A DNA stretch of 64,000 nucleotides from Candidatus Latescibacterota bacterium. Lineage in GTDB: Bacteria; Latescibacterota; UBA2968; SICM01. The stretch lies in the NCBI GenBank assembly GCA_965217865.1, contig CBDCJO010000002.1:5216001-5280000 (forward strand), in the 5' to 3' direction. A program made the translations under genes and the position numbers. The first letter of the stretch is position 1. Each line of letters begins with the position of its first letter. Shown piece by piece: positions 39,908-49,673 of the stretch. Below the pieces are notes generated by a model. It did not search any database. It was not told the DNA's origin and saw nothing but the letters and a program-made list of their open reading frames with translations.

Positions 39908-40516
39908 TCATGGTTCCTGGGAAAGAATCCCCACAATCTCGTGGAAGCCCGAAATCATGGTTTCCATGGACATCGAGGAAAATCTTGAATCCAGACGTGC
40001 GGCCTCTTCAGGCACGAGGGGCAGGTGGATAAATCCATATCGGGTCCCCAATCCATTGCTTTCGATGTAATGCGCCGCCGTGAAGAAGACGTTGTTGCAG
40101 ACATACGTCCCCGCTGTATATGAGATGTTCGCGGGTATCCCCTGTGCCCGAAGCCGTTTTTCCATGCGCAACATCGGAAACCTGCTGAAGTATCCGGCCG
40201 GGGCCTTCGGCTCGACGGTTTTTTCCCTCTGGTTGGGGGATTTGTTGGCAACGTTTACTGCGACTTTTTCAATCCTAAACCCATTGGCATCGGCGGCTAC
40301 CCCGAACATGACCAGAATGTCGGGTTTGACGCCCTTTATGGCCTCCTTGATTTTTCGGCTGGAGCCTGAAAAAGTGACGGGCAACAAACGTGTCTCGAGA
40401 TCAAGGCCATCGAATGACTGTTTTCTAATCCGCTCAAGGAGCAGCTTCGATGTGTTCTGCTTTATATTCCGAAATGCTCCAAAGCCTGTGACCAGCAATC
40501 GGGCGGATTTTTTCAC
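39908..40516 (-). CDS. pcp: Pyroglutamyl peptidase I
   Basis: LLVTGFGAF, RIEKVAVN, AGTYVCN, GFIHLP. Confidence 0.92.
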   Translation of the reverse strand: MKKSARLLVTGFGAFRNIKQNTSKLLLERIRKQSFDGLDLETRLLPVTFSGSSRKIKEAIKGVKPDILVMFGVAADANGFRIEKVAVNVANKSPNQREKTVEPKAPAGYFSRFPMLRMEKRLRAQGIPANISYTAGTYVCNNVFFTAAHYIESNGLGTRYGFIHLPLVPEEAARLDSRFSSMSMETMISGFHEIVGILSQEP

Positions 40517-40622
40517 TATTGGATTGTCCCGAAAGTCGTACTGTATTCTCAGATCTTGAATTATTGTTTTTGGCGCGATATTTTTCTTTTTGGTTGTACA
40601 CTTTTTGGAACGCCGTCGTGCT

Positions 40623-40820
40623 CCCTCACCCCGCCTCGTAGGCTCGGCACCCCTCTCCCGGGTGCCGGGAGAGGGGAAGTTCCATATAGCTCTAATTGTT
40701 TAATGAAGAGTAATGACGAGATCCTGAATACATAGAAAATGAATGTCATCGTCCCCTTCTCCTGCGGAGCCTGTCCTGAGCTCGTCGAAGGACGGGAGAA
40801 GGGGATACAGGGGATGAGGG
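40623..40820. repeat. Inverted REP-like pair (CCCTCACCC...CCCTCTCCC/GGGAGAGGG type) with a nested TCCTGAGC unit
   Basis: CCCTCTCCCGG-gtg-CCGGGAGAGGG and CCCCTTCTCC...GGAGAAGGGG hairpins. Confidence 0.6.
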
Positions 40821-40957
40821 CGTTAAAAATGACGTCCTTCCCCTGAAAACGGTACTAAATTCAAGGCTAATTCTGGTACACGTCACAAGTGTTTCTCCGG
40901 CAGAGCCAGGCCCAATTCTCCATCATGAACCGGGAAAAGGTTCATCTTAAGAATTGG

Positions 40958-41713
40958 TCAGGCCTCGTCGATATATCCCTTCAACCTCGAAGCCGTCTCT
41001 TTCAAAAGGTCCTCTGGCAGGTTCTCCACCTTGATGATCTCCAGAGAGACATATCCTTTATAGTAGATGCCTTTCATCCTTTTTGCCAGCCCCAGTATGT
41101 TCGTGTTTATCGGATCGAGAACCTCGTCGTGTATGTGAAAGTGCTTGATGCGGTCTTTGAGCATGTCGAAAGCACCATCATCCATCTCTGAGTCGTTCCA
41201 CAGGACGCCGAAGTTTTCCGTCTTGACTCTCGTCATGACTTCAGTTGCTTCCGGCACACCTACTATGATGTCGTGCCCGCATTCCATCATCGGAATCACC
41301 CCGGAAGCCTTAGCGTAATCTCCCACCTCGTCGAAGGCTGCAGCCACCTGCTCCGAAACCTTATCCGTCAGCTCAGGGATCGCCCATCCCGCGAAGATCC
41401 TGACGATCGGGGCCCCGAGATCGGCGGCCAGATCGAGGTTCGCTTTGGCTGCTTCAATGTTCTTCCGGTGTTCCTCAGTATCCGGGAAAGCGAATTGCTC
41501 TGGACTCGCGATGCATGCGATTCCAACGCCCGCGTTCTCGAAGATTTTCCTCGCTCGTTTCCGTGATTCGGAAGAGGATTTGGATGAGATATTGTGTTTG
41601 TGATCTTTATCTACTCTGAATTCGACGCCATCATATTCCGATTCCCCCGCGAATTGGACGATTTTTTCTAGATCCCATTCCGGGCAAACAAAGGTCATAA
41701 AACTTAGCTTCAT
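40958..41713 (-). CDS. Sugar phosphate isomerase/epimerase (xylose isomerase-like TIM barrel)
   Basis: MKLSFMTF, YDGVEF, VRIFAG, ECGHD, HFHIHD, GYVSLE. Confidence 0.85.
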   Translation of the reverse strand: MKLSFMTFVCPEWDLEKIVQFAGESEYDGVEFRVDKDHKHNISSKSSSESRKRARKIFENAGVGIACIASPEQFAFPDTEEHRKNIEAAKANLDLAADLGAPIVRIFAGWAIPELTDKVSEQVAAAFDEVGDYAKASGVIPMMECGHDIIVGVPEATEVMTRVKTENFGVLWNDSEMDDGAFDMLKDRIKHFHIHDEVLDPINTNILGLAKRMKGIYYKGYVSLEIIKVENLPEDLLKETASRLKGYIDEA

Positions 41714-41792
41714 GTCTGATGCCTCCATTTCAAATCAGTGAAACACGACAGGGACAAGTCCCAATCGAAAACCCCACAGATCCATTTTCCTT

Positions 41793-43055
41793 CTACTCTG
41801 CCGGACCTATCTTCTGAATCAACCGCCCAACGGTAAGGCCCTGGACGACGATGGAGAAGATCACGATGCTGTAAGTTGCGGCCATGACCGTACTACGTCC
41901 CGGAAATTCCGGAAGGGAAAGCGCCAGCGCAACGGAGATACCGCCCCGCAACCCCCCCCACGTCAAAATCCGCACAACCCCCGGTGAGAAGTCGTGTCGG
42001 AGCCTCAAAACCAGCACAGGAAACGAGACACAGAGAAAGCGGGCGATCAGCGAAAGCGGCACCATCAAAAGGGTCGCGATCCCGAATCCCTCGCCGAAGC
42101 TTACGGCAACCACTTCAAGGCCCAACAGTAGGAATAGAATGGCGTTCAGGGTGTAATCGGCCAGGGACCATACATCATCCAGGGCCTGGCGTGTGCGTTC
42201 GGACATCGCGAAACGCCGTCCATGGTTCCCGATGAACAATCCCGCAACCACACAGGCCAGAGGAGCAGAAGTGTGGACTTGAAAGGCTATAACAGTGATG
42301 CCCATCACCAGGGCAAGGCTCAGCAGGGTCTCGAGGTTGTGTTCGTCCAAACTTTTCATCGCCCAGTAAACGATATAGCCTCCAACGAAGCCCAGGGCTA
42401 CGCCGCCGAGCACTTCGCCAAGGAATAGTAAAGCAACAGGGAGAAGCCCCACCTGGATGCCGTGGGTTCCCTGATCAACCCCACCGGCTACCCCCAGCAG
42501 AATGGAAAAAACAACCACGCCGATCCCGTCGTTGAAGAGGCTCTCCCCGGCAACCTTTATCTCTAAGCTCTTGGGGGTTTTCAGGTTTTTCATGATTCCC
42601 AGTACGGCTATGGGATCCGTTGGAGAGATCAGTGCGCCGAACACGAGACAGTAAGCCAGGGGTACATGGATGCCTGAAAGCAGAAAGATCCAGTGACTTC
42701 CGAATCCTATGATTCCGGTCGAAATCAGGACGCCCACAGAGGCGAGGGTCAATATGGGGGTCTTTTTCTTCAGGAGATCTTCGAGGTTGACGTGGAGCGC
42801 CCCGGCAAACAGAAGGAGGCTCAGCATCCCGTGCATCAGCAGTTCGGTGAAATCGATTCCGAGGACGGCCTCTCGTACATTTTCCCCCAAACCCCAAGCC
42901 GGCACGAGCGCATCCACCCCGAGCACCACGCCGGAGGCCAGAAGGCCTGAGAGCAGAAGGGCCACCGTTGAGGGCAGACGCAGGAAACGATAGTTCAGAA
43001 AGCTAAACAGGGCAGCAAGGACAAGAAGAATTCCGGCTGCGTCAAAAACGTTCAT
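41793..43055 (-). CDS. nhaP: CPA1 Na+/H+ antiporter (NhaP-like)
   Basis: LLFAGA, ISPTDPIAV, GESLFNDG, WGGLRGGISVALAL. Confidence 0.9.
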   Translation of the reverse strand: MNVFDAAGILLVLAALFSFLNYRFLRLPSTVALLLSGLLASGVVLGVDALVPAWGLGENVREAVLGIDFTELLMHGMLSLLLFAGALHVNLEDLLKKKTPILTLASVGVLISTGIIGFGSHWIFLLSGIHVPLAYCLVFGALISPTDPIAVLGIMKNLKTPKSLEIKVAGESLFNDGIGVVVFSILLGVAGGVDQGTHGIQVGLLPVALLFLGEVLGGVALGFVGGYIVYWAMKSLDEHNLETLLSLALVMGITVIAFQVHTSAPLACVVAGLFIGNHGRRFAMSERTRQALDDVWSLADYTLNAILFLLLGLEVVAVSFGEGFGIATLLMVPLSLIARFLCVSFPVLVLRLRHDFSPGVVRILTWGGLRGGISVALALSLPEFPGRSTVMAATYSIVIFSIVVQGLTVGRLIQKIGPAE

Positions 43056-43147
43056 AGGAATTGCTCTTGTGAAGGAAGGCGAAATGCGTCAAGCAGTGGA
43101 ACTTTGGGATTGAAAAACACTTCAGGATAGTCACGGCAAAACGCATG

Positions 43148-43304
43148 AAAAAGCCGCACCCTTTTTTTAGATGCGGCTTATCCATATCTGTGGCCTAATG
43201 TTCGGATGTCAACAGGTGCCTTCCGAAAGAGAAAACACGGCTTTCAATAACTGTTAACCTGGGATCGAGACGAGAATGTAATGGGTAATAATATTGAATG
43301 TCAA
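43148..43304 (-). promoter_or_regulatory. Promoter plus attenuator-like leader of nhaP
   Basis: TTGACA-18-TACATT; AGCCGCATC...GTGCGGCTTTTT. Confidence 0.55.
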
Positions 43305-43452
43305 GGGGAATCATGACGGGGGAACCTACCCAACACGTATGAAACCAAATTCCAAAGGGGGGGTTGAAGCGGGGACTTGCCGGGGGAAACTCGACCTGGC
43401 CAAGCGAAAAATGGGTCACCAGAACGGGTCAGACATCGGATGCTCACAACCG

Positions 43453-43803
43453 CTAGACCCACTTTTCTACGGTTTCAAGAATATCGGAAACTTTAAATGG
43501 CTTCTCTATAAATTCCCTAACGCCCAAAGAGCGTAAAAAATTTCTTTTATCTTCATCTATTAATGCAGCTATGATAATTATCGGGACTTGAAACCCCCTT
43601 TCCCTGAGTGTCTGGACAGCCTCTTCTCCAGGTGTGAGCATTTTCAGGTTCGAGATAACCAAGTCCACGGAATCAAAGGGCACCTGTTCGAATGCCAGCG
43701 AGGGATCGGGAAAATCAAGTACTTTGTGGAATTTCATCTGCAATATTCGGACGACAAAGCTTCGAACATCGTCATCATCGTCCAACACGACAATCGTTGC
43801 CAT
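43453..43803 (-). CDS. CheY-like receiver with Asn at the phospho-acceptor position
   Basis: IVVLDDD...DLVISNLKM (canonical D replaced by N)...IEKPF. Confidence 0.8.
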   Translation of the reverse strand: MATIVVLDDDDDVRSFVVRILQMKFHKVLDFPDPSLAFEQVPFDSVDLVISNLKMLTPGEEAVQTLRERGFQVPIIIIAALIDEDKRNFLRSLGVREFIEKPFKVSDILETVEKWV

Positions 43804-43851
43804 TATCTTTCCGCCTCAAATGGCCAGTATTGATCAGCCATTCCATAAAAT

Positions 43852-44118
43852 CTATTTCTTTTTCTTCTCAACGACTCCCTGCAGTTCGCTTGTTTCTTCG
43901 TCTATCCGGTTTAATTCTTTTTTCGCCTCACCCAATTCAGCTTTTACCTGAACTTCCTGTTGCTTGTCGGTTTCTATGGCTTCCTCAATTTCTTTAATCT
44001 GGGTTTCTATCGTATAGATTTTATGAGTTATATTCCCTTTTGTCCTCTGAAAATCCCCGAATATGGGGATAAGGAAAAAACCTGTGGCCAAAATGGCTAC
44101 GATCGGAACCCAATCCAT
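43852..44118 (-). CDS. Small TM plus coiled-coil protein
   Basis: N-terminal hydrophobic helix, then E/K-rich heptads. Confidence 0.7.
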   Translation of the reverse strand: MDWVPIVAILATGFFLIPIFGDFQRTKGNITHKIYTIETQIKEIEEAIETDKQQEVQVKAELGEAKKELNRIDEETSELQGVVEKKKK

Positions 44119-44138
44119 TTTATTCTCAAAGGAAAAAA

Positions 44139-44453
44139 TTAGGATCGTGAAAGCTTTTCTTTGGATTCCTGCATTTTAAACGCTTCTTCCTGCTCTATTG
44201 CCGTAAGCTCCCGTTTCAATTTATCCAGCACTTTTTCGTGTCCCGCGGTTGTCCGATGGGTTTCAACCAGGCTTCTTTGCGTGACCTCGAGGCTGCTCCT
44301 GGAAACTTTTGCTTCAACCTTTGCTGCGGATAGATGTTTCTCTTCCTCATTAAGCATACGGTTCAGCTTTGAGACTTCCTTTACCGTATAAAACTTGGAT
44401 ACCAGAACGACTACGGTAACTATAATCCAGATTATCCAGAATAGCATAATCAA
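44139..44453 (-). CDS. Small TM plus coiled-coil protein
   Basis: LFWIIWIIVTVVVLVSKF followed by a coiled coil. Confidence 0.7.
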   Translation of the reverse strand: MIMLFWIIWIIVTVVVLVSKFYTVKEVSKLNRMLNEEEKHLSAAKVEAKVSRSSLEVTQRSLVETHRTTAGHEKVLDKLKRELTAIEQEEAFKMQESKEKLSRS

Positions 44454-44674
44454 ACCAGATTGTGAAACGTGAAACCCAAGCGCCGACGCGTGAAAAGTTG
44501 GTTAAGGTCTCACGTTTTACGTGAGACGGATTTTTACAAAAAAACCGCACCGATTATCCAGGATGCGGTCCTTTGAAGTCCTCCGATAAGGATTCCTCTA
44601 TATTTATTCGATAATAGGTCCCTTTCCCGGCAAAAATCCAGTATTAATTAAAGATATTCGTATTTCCCCGCCTG

Positions 44675-44713
44675 CACAATCGTTAAGTTATACGCTTATC
44701 AGCACTTTAGACG
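44675..44713 (-). promoter_or_regulatory. Conserved 39-bp upstream motif, copy 2
   Basis: Matches 38008-38046. Confidence 0.7.
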
Positions 44714-44755
44714 ATAACACACACAAATTCTTCACAAATTCCTATTATACCCGGT

Positions 44756-45181
44756 TCAAATGGTTTCAGTTTTAGAAGGATGTATAATTTTCGCCTGTAA
44801 CCCAGAAGGAGTACATCCCCCCGTATCGCATTCCGCCCGTCCAAACAGGTGGCGGTTTCTGGCGATCAGGTAGTAGCAGGCACGGAAAAAGCCTCCCAGA
44901 ACCGGAAGCCTGTATAGCCACGTCACCATGTGGAACGGCGGCATCCGCCGGTAAATTTCATAAACCGCATCTGCCCCCACGTGGATATCTTCAGCTCCCA
45001 CGATCAACCGCAAACCTGTATTGAAATCCGACTCAATGAGCTGGGGGAATCGTTTTTCCACGCCCTTGGATTGGCGGGGTAGATACTCGAACTGGTCGCT
45101 ACGATCCAGCTTTCGGATCCGCCGAACACTCCACTGGCAGAAACGACACTCCCCATCGTATACGATTACCAGTTCCTCCAT
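44756..45181 (-). CDS. DCC (DUF393) thiol-disulfide oxidoreductase family
   Basis: VYDGECRFC...GADA...Y.LIARNR. Confidence 0.88.
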   Translation of the reverse strand: MEELVIVYDGECRFCQWSVRRIRKLDRSDQFEYLPRQSKGVEKRFPQLIESDFNTGLRLIVGAEDIHVGADAVYEIYRRMPPFHMVTWLYRLPVLGGFFRACYYLIARNRHLFGRAECDTGGCTPSGLQAKIIHPSKTETI

Positions 45182-45226
45182 ACAGAATCCTCTCTTCGGT
45201 TGATCACATCTTTTTCAAGAAGGAAT

Positions 45227-45472
45227 TTACGGGTCTATTCCCATGGGAAGGGTGCCAAAGTGCAACACACAGCCGCAGTTTTTGCACAGAACCTGGACCA
45301 TCGGAATAATCTGACCCCCCGCTTGAAGCCTTCCCCCGGGACTCAAATTCGCAGAAGCAACGAATTCATCACCGATATCCAACGGTTTTGAACCGCATGC
45401 AGGACAAGGCCCTACACCTTTGGCGATCAGCCAGAGTGCAACCTTCTCCTTTTGTTCGGAACTAAGGGACAT
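45227..45472 (-). CDS. Small Zn-ribbon protein
   Basis: CPACG...CKNCG; RBS AGGAGG. Confidence 0.65.
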   Translation of the reverse strand: MSLSSEQKEKVALWLIAKGVGPCPACGSKPLDIGDEFVASANLSPGGRLQAGGQIIPMVQVLCKNCGCVLHFGTLPMGIDP

Positions 45473-45620
45473 TAGATCAGACCTCCTGATTGAATCGCAA
45501 GGATATAGGACGCACCTCCATTAGGGGATCGAGCTTTATTTTTATATCGCGTCCTGGGTTCCCGCCCCGGGCTTAAGATCTGCGGATTTGAAACCCCGAT
45601 AGCCTTTGTGTTACCGATAA

Positions 45621-46352
45621 TCAGTCCTGGTAATGAGCCAGAACCGTGTCCAGGACGGCAAGGTGAGCAGCCGCCCTCCGGTCCATAGCCCAGCTGGTCG
45701 GGGTCTCAGGCATAAGGACGTGGGGAGCGTGGAACTTGAGGATATAGGGGGCAAAACCCTGAGTGCCCCACGCGGTAGCGACCCGGTAAAGCCCGTGTGA
45801 AATGGGCAGGTCGTCCGGATCGGAATCCGGGTCGATGGGTCCTATGGATTTCACAGCCCGGATGATTTCCTCACCCATCACATGTTCATCCCGCCGACCT
45901 TCGTATAAATAAAAGCCCCCGGCCTCCCAATCCTCGTGAAAGTCGACGAAAAAGTCGAATTGGCGGCGCCGTATCACCTGTTTTACGATCTGGACCTCGG
46001 GGGTATCCTCCTTTTCGAATGAGCGATTTATGTCGATTCCAAGACGGTTTTCCCGGGAATTGTCCACATAACCTGTGGGATTGACACAGGGGATCGCAAA
46101 AAACCGGAAATGCTGTAACAAGTCGGTGTTGTCTCGCTCCAGAAAGCCAATCACGGCCTCGATTCCCGCGGGTTCGTCTCCGTGTACCCCAGCGGTAAGA
46201 AGGATGCTGCGGACTGAACTTGCGTTCGATTGAAGACGGATCACGTGAACGGGGTAGCCTTCGACGGATCCGGCTTTTTCAACGTAACGTGATTCTGAAG
46301 ATGACAAAGTGTCCAGACGGCGGGACAAATCCTCGTAATCGCGGGTTTCCAT
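45621..46352 (-). CDS. M14 metallocarboxypeptidase / AstE-AspA-like
   Basis: AGVHGDEPAG, NPTG, DINRSF, DFHED, ETP. Confidence 0.85.
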   Translation of the reverse strand: METRDYEDLSRRLDTLSSSESRYVEKAGSVEGYPVHVIRLQSNASSVRSILLTAGVHGDEPAGIEAVIGFLERDNTDLLQHFRFFAIPCVNPTGYVDNSRENRLGIDINRSFEKEDTPEVQIVKQVIRRRQFDFFVDFHEDWEAGGFYLYEGRRDEHVMGEEIIRAVKSIGPIDPDSDPDDLPISHGLYRVATAWGTQGFAPYILKFHAPHVLMPETPTSWAMDRRAAAHLAVLDTVLAHYQD

Positions 46353-46426
46353 GCATTGGTCTTTATAGAAAACCCGCCGAATGGAACGATCCAGCGGGAA
46401 TATCTGAAACGGCTTTAGGGGTTCGA

Positions 46427-47476
46427 TTAATATGTGGTGTGCGGATTCATGATATTCGGATCGTTGTCCAGAGCGAACTTTTGCGCTGAAGTGGGTTGAG
46501 GTTCTTGAGCCGGTCCGCCCTCAATTTCAAAACCGGCATCCATTATCATTTGAATGGTTTTGTCCGCTTTGTGGCCCCGCGTGACCAGATAACCCTCAAC
46601 GAATAAAGAGTTCGCCGGATACAGAGCCAAAACCTGCAGATTCCGTAAATGGCCCTCCCGCCCTCCTCCGATCCGTATCTCAGAGCTGGGGTTTACAAAT
46701 CGAAACATACAGAGGATTCTCAAGCACCGAAGAGGCGTCAACTGGTTGAAGTCGTAGACTGGATTTCCGGGAATGGGGATTAAAAAATTAACGGGAATAG
46801 AGGGTACGTTTATGGATCGTAGTTTATATGCGACATCCAATATGTCTTGATCGGATTCTCCCATTCCGACGATGATTCCGCTGCATAATTCCAGATCGGC
46901 CTCCTTTGCCGCCATGAGCGTTTCGAAACGATCTTTAAATTCGTGGGTTGTCACGATGTTCGGCGTATGCCTTTCGCTTGTATTAAGATTATGATTCAAC
47001 CGATCCAAACCGGCTTCTTTTAATATTTCGGCCTGTCGTTTATTTATCAGCCCGACCGACAGGCAAGTCTTGATGCCGACTTCTTCGTTTATCCTCGTTA
47101 TCGTTCCAGCAAGCTGAAGAACTCTCGAATCTGTCGGGCCGCGGCCGCTGGCCACCATGCAATAGCGAAAAACGCCCCGGCGCTTGGCCTCATGAGCATC
47201 ACGGACAATGTCATCTTCATTTTTAAAAGAATATTTTTTTATCGGAGCTTTTGAGACCTTTGATTGACCGCAGTAGCCGCAGTCTTCCGGGCACAGGCCG
47301 TTCTGAATATTGTTTATCTGATGGATCTTCACCTTCCTCCCGAAAAAGGTCTCGCGAACCTTTCCCGCAGCGGAAACCAGCTGCAGGATATCCATGGTCT
47401 CATCCTCTAAGATGTTTCGGGCATATATTCGAGGAAAAGGACCCCCGCTCAGAGATCGTTCAATCCAGTTTTCCAT
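46427..47476 (-). CDS. bioB: Biotin synthase
   Basis: CPEDCGYCGQS, NHNLNTS, CSGIIVGMGE, SIPVNFL, GGRE, ANSLF. Confidence 0.95.
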   Translation of the reverse strand: MENWIERSLSGGPFPRIYARNILEDETMDILQLVSAAGKVRETFFGRKVKIHQINNIQNGLCPEDCGYCGQSKVSKAPIKKYSFKNEDDIVRDAHEAKRRGVFRYCMVASGRGPTDSRVLQLAGTITRINEEVGIKTCLSVGLINKRQAEILKEAGLDRLNHNLNTSERHTPNIVTTHEFKDRFETLMAAKEADLELCSGIIVGMGESDQDILDVAYKLRSINVPSIPVNFLIPIPGNPVYDFNQLTPLRCLRILCMFRFVNPSSEIRIGGGREGHLRNLQVLALYPANSLFVEGYLVTRGHKADKTIQMIMDAGFEIEGGPAQEPQPTSAQKFALDNDPNIMNPHTTY

Positions 47477-47504
47477 GATTCCAGTGATGAGTTATGAATG
47501 GTCA

Positions 47505-48041
47505 TCATGATCCGTTGTCGTCCGGCTCATCCGGCCTCCTGGGTTCGCCTACAAGCTCCTCCACCTTATCCATCATTCGTTCGATCGTATCACCGAACCG
47601 GTCGAGCATGTAATTCGCCTTTCGCAGTCGCTCGGACAGCATGCCGATCACGTTCTGCTGCACTTTGAGGAAGATGTCCTTGTGTTCCAATAGCGTTTTA
47701 TTCAGGCTTTTTTTTTGGAAGATTACCCCGGACACGGACCCTTTTGCCACGATGTCGGCAGAACGGGGCTGCCCGGTAAAAAGACCCATCTCCCCGATGG
47801 TCATCCCTTCGGAGATATCAGCCAGCTCCGTACCTTCCGGAGAGAGGACCGAAAGTTTTCCTTTCACCAGAATGAACATATCGGTTGCGGGATCTCCGGT
47901 CTTATAGATAAACTGTCCGGAATCGTGTTCCCGGATCTCGCAAATCTGCAAAAGAAACTGAATCTCACTTGTGTTCAGGCCCTGAAAGATCGAGAGTTTC
48001 CTGGCAAAGGGGATAAATTTCCTGACTTGATCCTGATTCAC
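47505..48041 (-). CDS. Stand-alone cyclic nucleotide-binding domain protein
   Basis: IFQGL, MFILVKG, IGEMGL...PRSA. Confidence 0.85.
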   Translation of the reverse strand: MNQDQVRKFIPFARKLSIFQGLNTSEIQFLLQICEIREHDSGQFIYKTGDPATDMFILVKGKLSVLSPEGTELADISEGMTIGEMGLFTGQPRSADIVAKGSVSGVIFQKKSLNKTLLEHKDIFLKVQQNVIGMLSERLRKANYMLDRFGDTIERMMDKVEELVGEPRRPDEPDDNGS

Positions 48042-48147
48042 CTATGATCCCCACATCGTTCGCGAAGTTCGAAAATGATCAAATTACCCCCTAATAACTC
48101 CATTGAATATTGAATATCGTAAAATTGAATATTCGACTTGACCTTAG

Positions 48148-49673
48148 CAGCCCGTTGAAGAACTACCTTTCAACGCACATAAACGGAAAAGACGCCTGGA
48201 GTGCGGGTCAGATAAATCAAGGTAAGGAGATTGAGCAGGAGACGCTGATAAGAGGTTAAAAAGGTGACCGAGGGCAGCAAACGTGATTGTAGGACGAGCA
48301 GTAGACGCTGCAAGGCCTTGGCCAGGTCCTGGAGGGCCTTCGGAGTACCTACGCCCATCACTTTGCGCATGAGCAGAGCCAGGTTGCAGCCCCCGATGTG
48401 GATCAGCAAACGCTTGAGGATATTGCCGCGGTCTCTCAAGTGCAACCTGCGCATGCCACCGGTATCATATGTGTGAGCGATGGTTCTTTCCACCCGTTCT
48501 GCACGACTTCGGCGCAAGGCCTTGCCGCGATCTCCCTTGATCCGGCGTCGATTCGCATATACCGCGGCCTGCTCATCTCGTCGGCCGTTCCACTTGCGGC
48601 GTCCCCGATCCGGTTCTGAAATGTAACTCCGGATGCCGCCTTGCTTCAGACTGGTCAATACATCGTTGCTATGATATCCTTTGTCCGCAACCACCTCCCG
48701 TATACGCTGTCTGTGCAAACGTTTGGCAGCTTTTTCGTCCTTCGCGACCTGCTTGAGATTGAGCGGCGCCTCGAGCAGCGTCCAGGGCAACGACTCGGTA
48801 TCTCCTTCATCTGCTCCCGACAACGCCACTGCCACAATGGCATTGGTGTCCAGATCCACCGCGTGCTCCACCTTGTGCGCCATGTGCGTGCGACCGTCCT
48901 TCATCTTAGCGATCTTGGCATCCGGGTCGTGCGGGTGCTCCCAGTCCTGGTTCGATCCCTTCTTCGGTCGCTTCTTATCGATCTTGGACAAGTCCTCGCG
49001 GGTAGGCGTTTCAATGCCCGAGGCCTTGGCCAGATTCTCAAGGAATGCCTGGTAGCCTTCACCCGTGTCACGGCGTACAATGCTGCGCATCGCGGCGTTG
49101 GCCTCCAGTGTCGTAGCATCCACGCCCAACGTCTTCCCCTTCACCAGACCCGCTTTGCACAAGACCCTCAGGATCCACTTGAAAACCGCTTCGTGAACTT
49201 CCAAGGGAAGCCGATGCCGGATGCGAGACAGGCTGGAATGATCCGGGGTCTGTTCGTCAAGGGCATACCCCAAAAACCGGCGCAACGTCAGCGAGTCAGA
49301 TACACGCCATTCGATCCCACGTTCCGAATCAAGTCCCTCGAAATACCCAATCAAAAGCATCCGAAAATAAACCCCGGGCGGAATGCCCTTGCGACCCATA
49401 TGAGGAGCGTAATACCGCTGGCAAAGCCCCTCGACGAACTCGTCGAAGCCGTTCGCCCCCAATACCTGATTCAGCTTCTCGTAGAACGGATGACCCGGAG
49501 ATTTCACCAAAGTGTTCGATGCGATGAACAGGTTTTCCTGTCTCTGTCGTCCTCGTTTTCCCATTGCCATTTGCTCGTCCTCCCTTCTCAGTTTGAACCT
49601 GATATATCATAGGACCAAACCACAAGGAAAGACAACAGTCATCTTGGCATAAACGCACTTTTTCAACAGGCTG
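48148..49673 (-). mobile_element. IS1182-like element
   Basis: Inverted repeats CAGCCCGTTGAA / TTCAACAGGCTG, flanked by TTAG and CTAG. Confidence 0.8.
48170..49570 (-). CDS. IS1182/IS5-like DDE transposase
   Basis: DUF772-type SERGIEW...TPDHSSLSR, VDATTLEANA, ADKGY, RVERTIAH. Confidence 0.9.
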   Translation of the reverse strand: MAMGKRGRQRQENLFIASNTLVKSPGHPFYEKLNQVLGANGFDEFVEGLCQRYYAPHMGRKGIPPGVYFRMLLIGYFEGLDSERGIEWRVSDSLTLRRFLGYALDEQTPDHSSLSRIRHRLPLEVHEAVFKWILRVLCKAGLVKGKTLGVDATTLEANAAMRSIVRRDTGEGYQAFLENLAKASGIETPTREDLSKIDKKRPKKGSNQDWEHPHDPDAKIAKMKDGRTHMAHKVEHAVDLDTNAIVAVALSGADEGDTESLPWTLLEAPLNLKQVAKDEKAAKRLHRQRIREVVADKGYHSNDVLTSLKQGGIRSYISEPDRGRRKWNGRRDEQAAVYANRRRIKGDRGKALRRSRAERVERTIAHTYDTGGMRRLHLRDRGNILKRLLIHIGGCNLALLMRKVMGVGTPKALQDLAKALQRLLLVLQSRLLPSVTFLTSYQRLLLNLLTLIYLTRTPGVFSVYVR

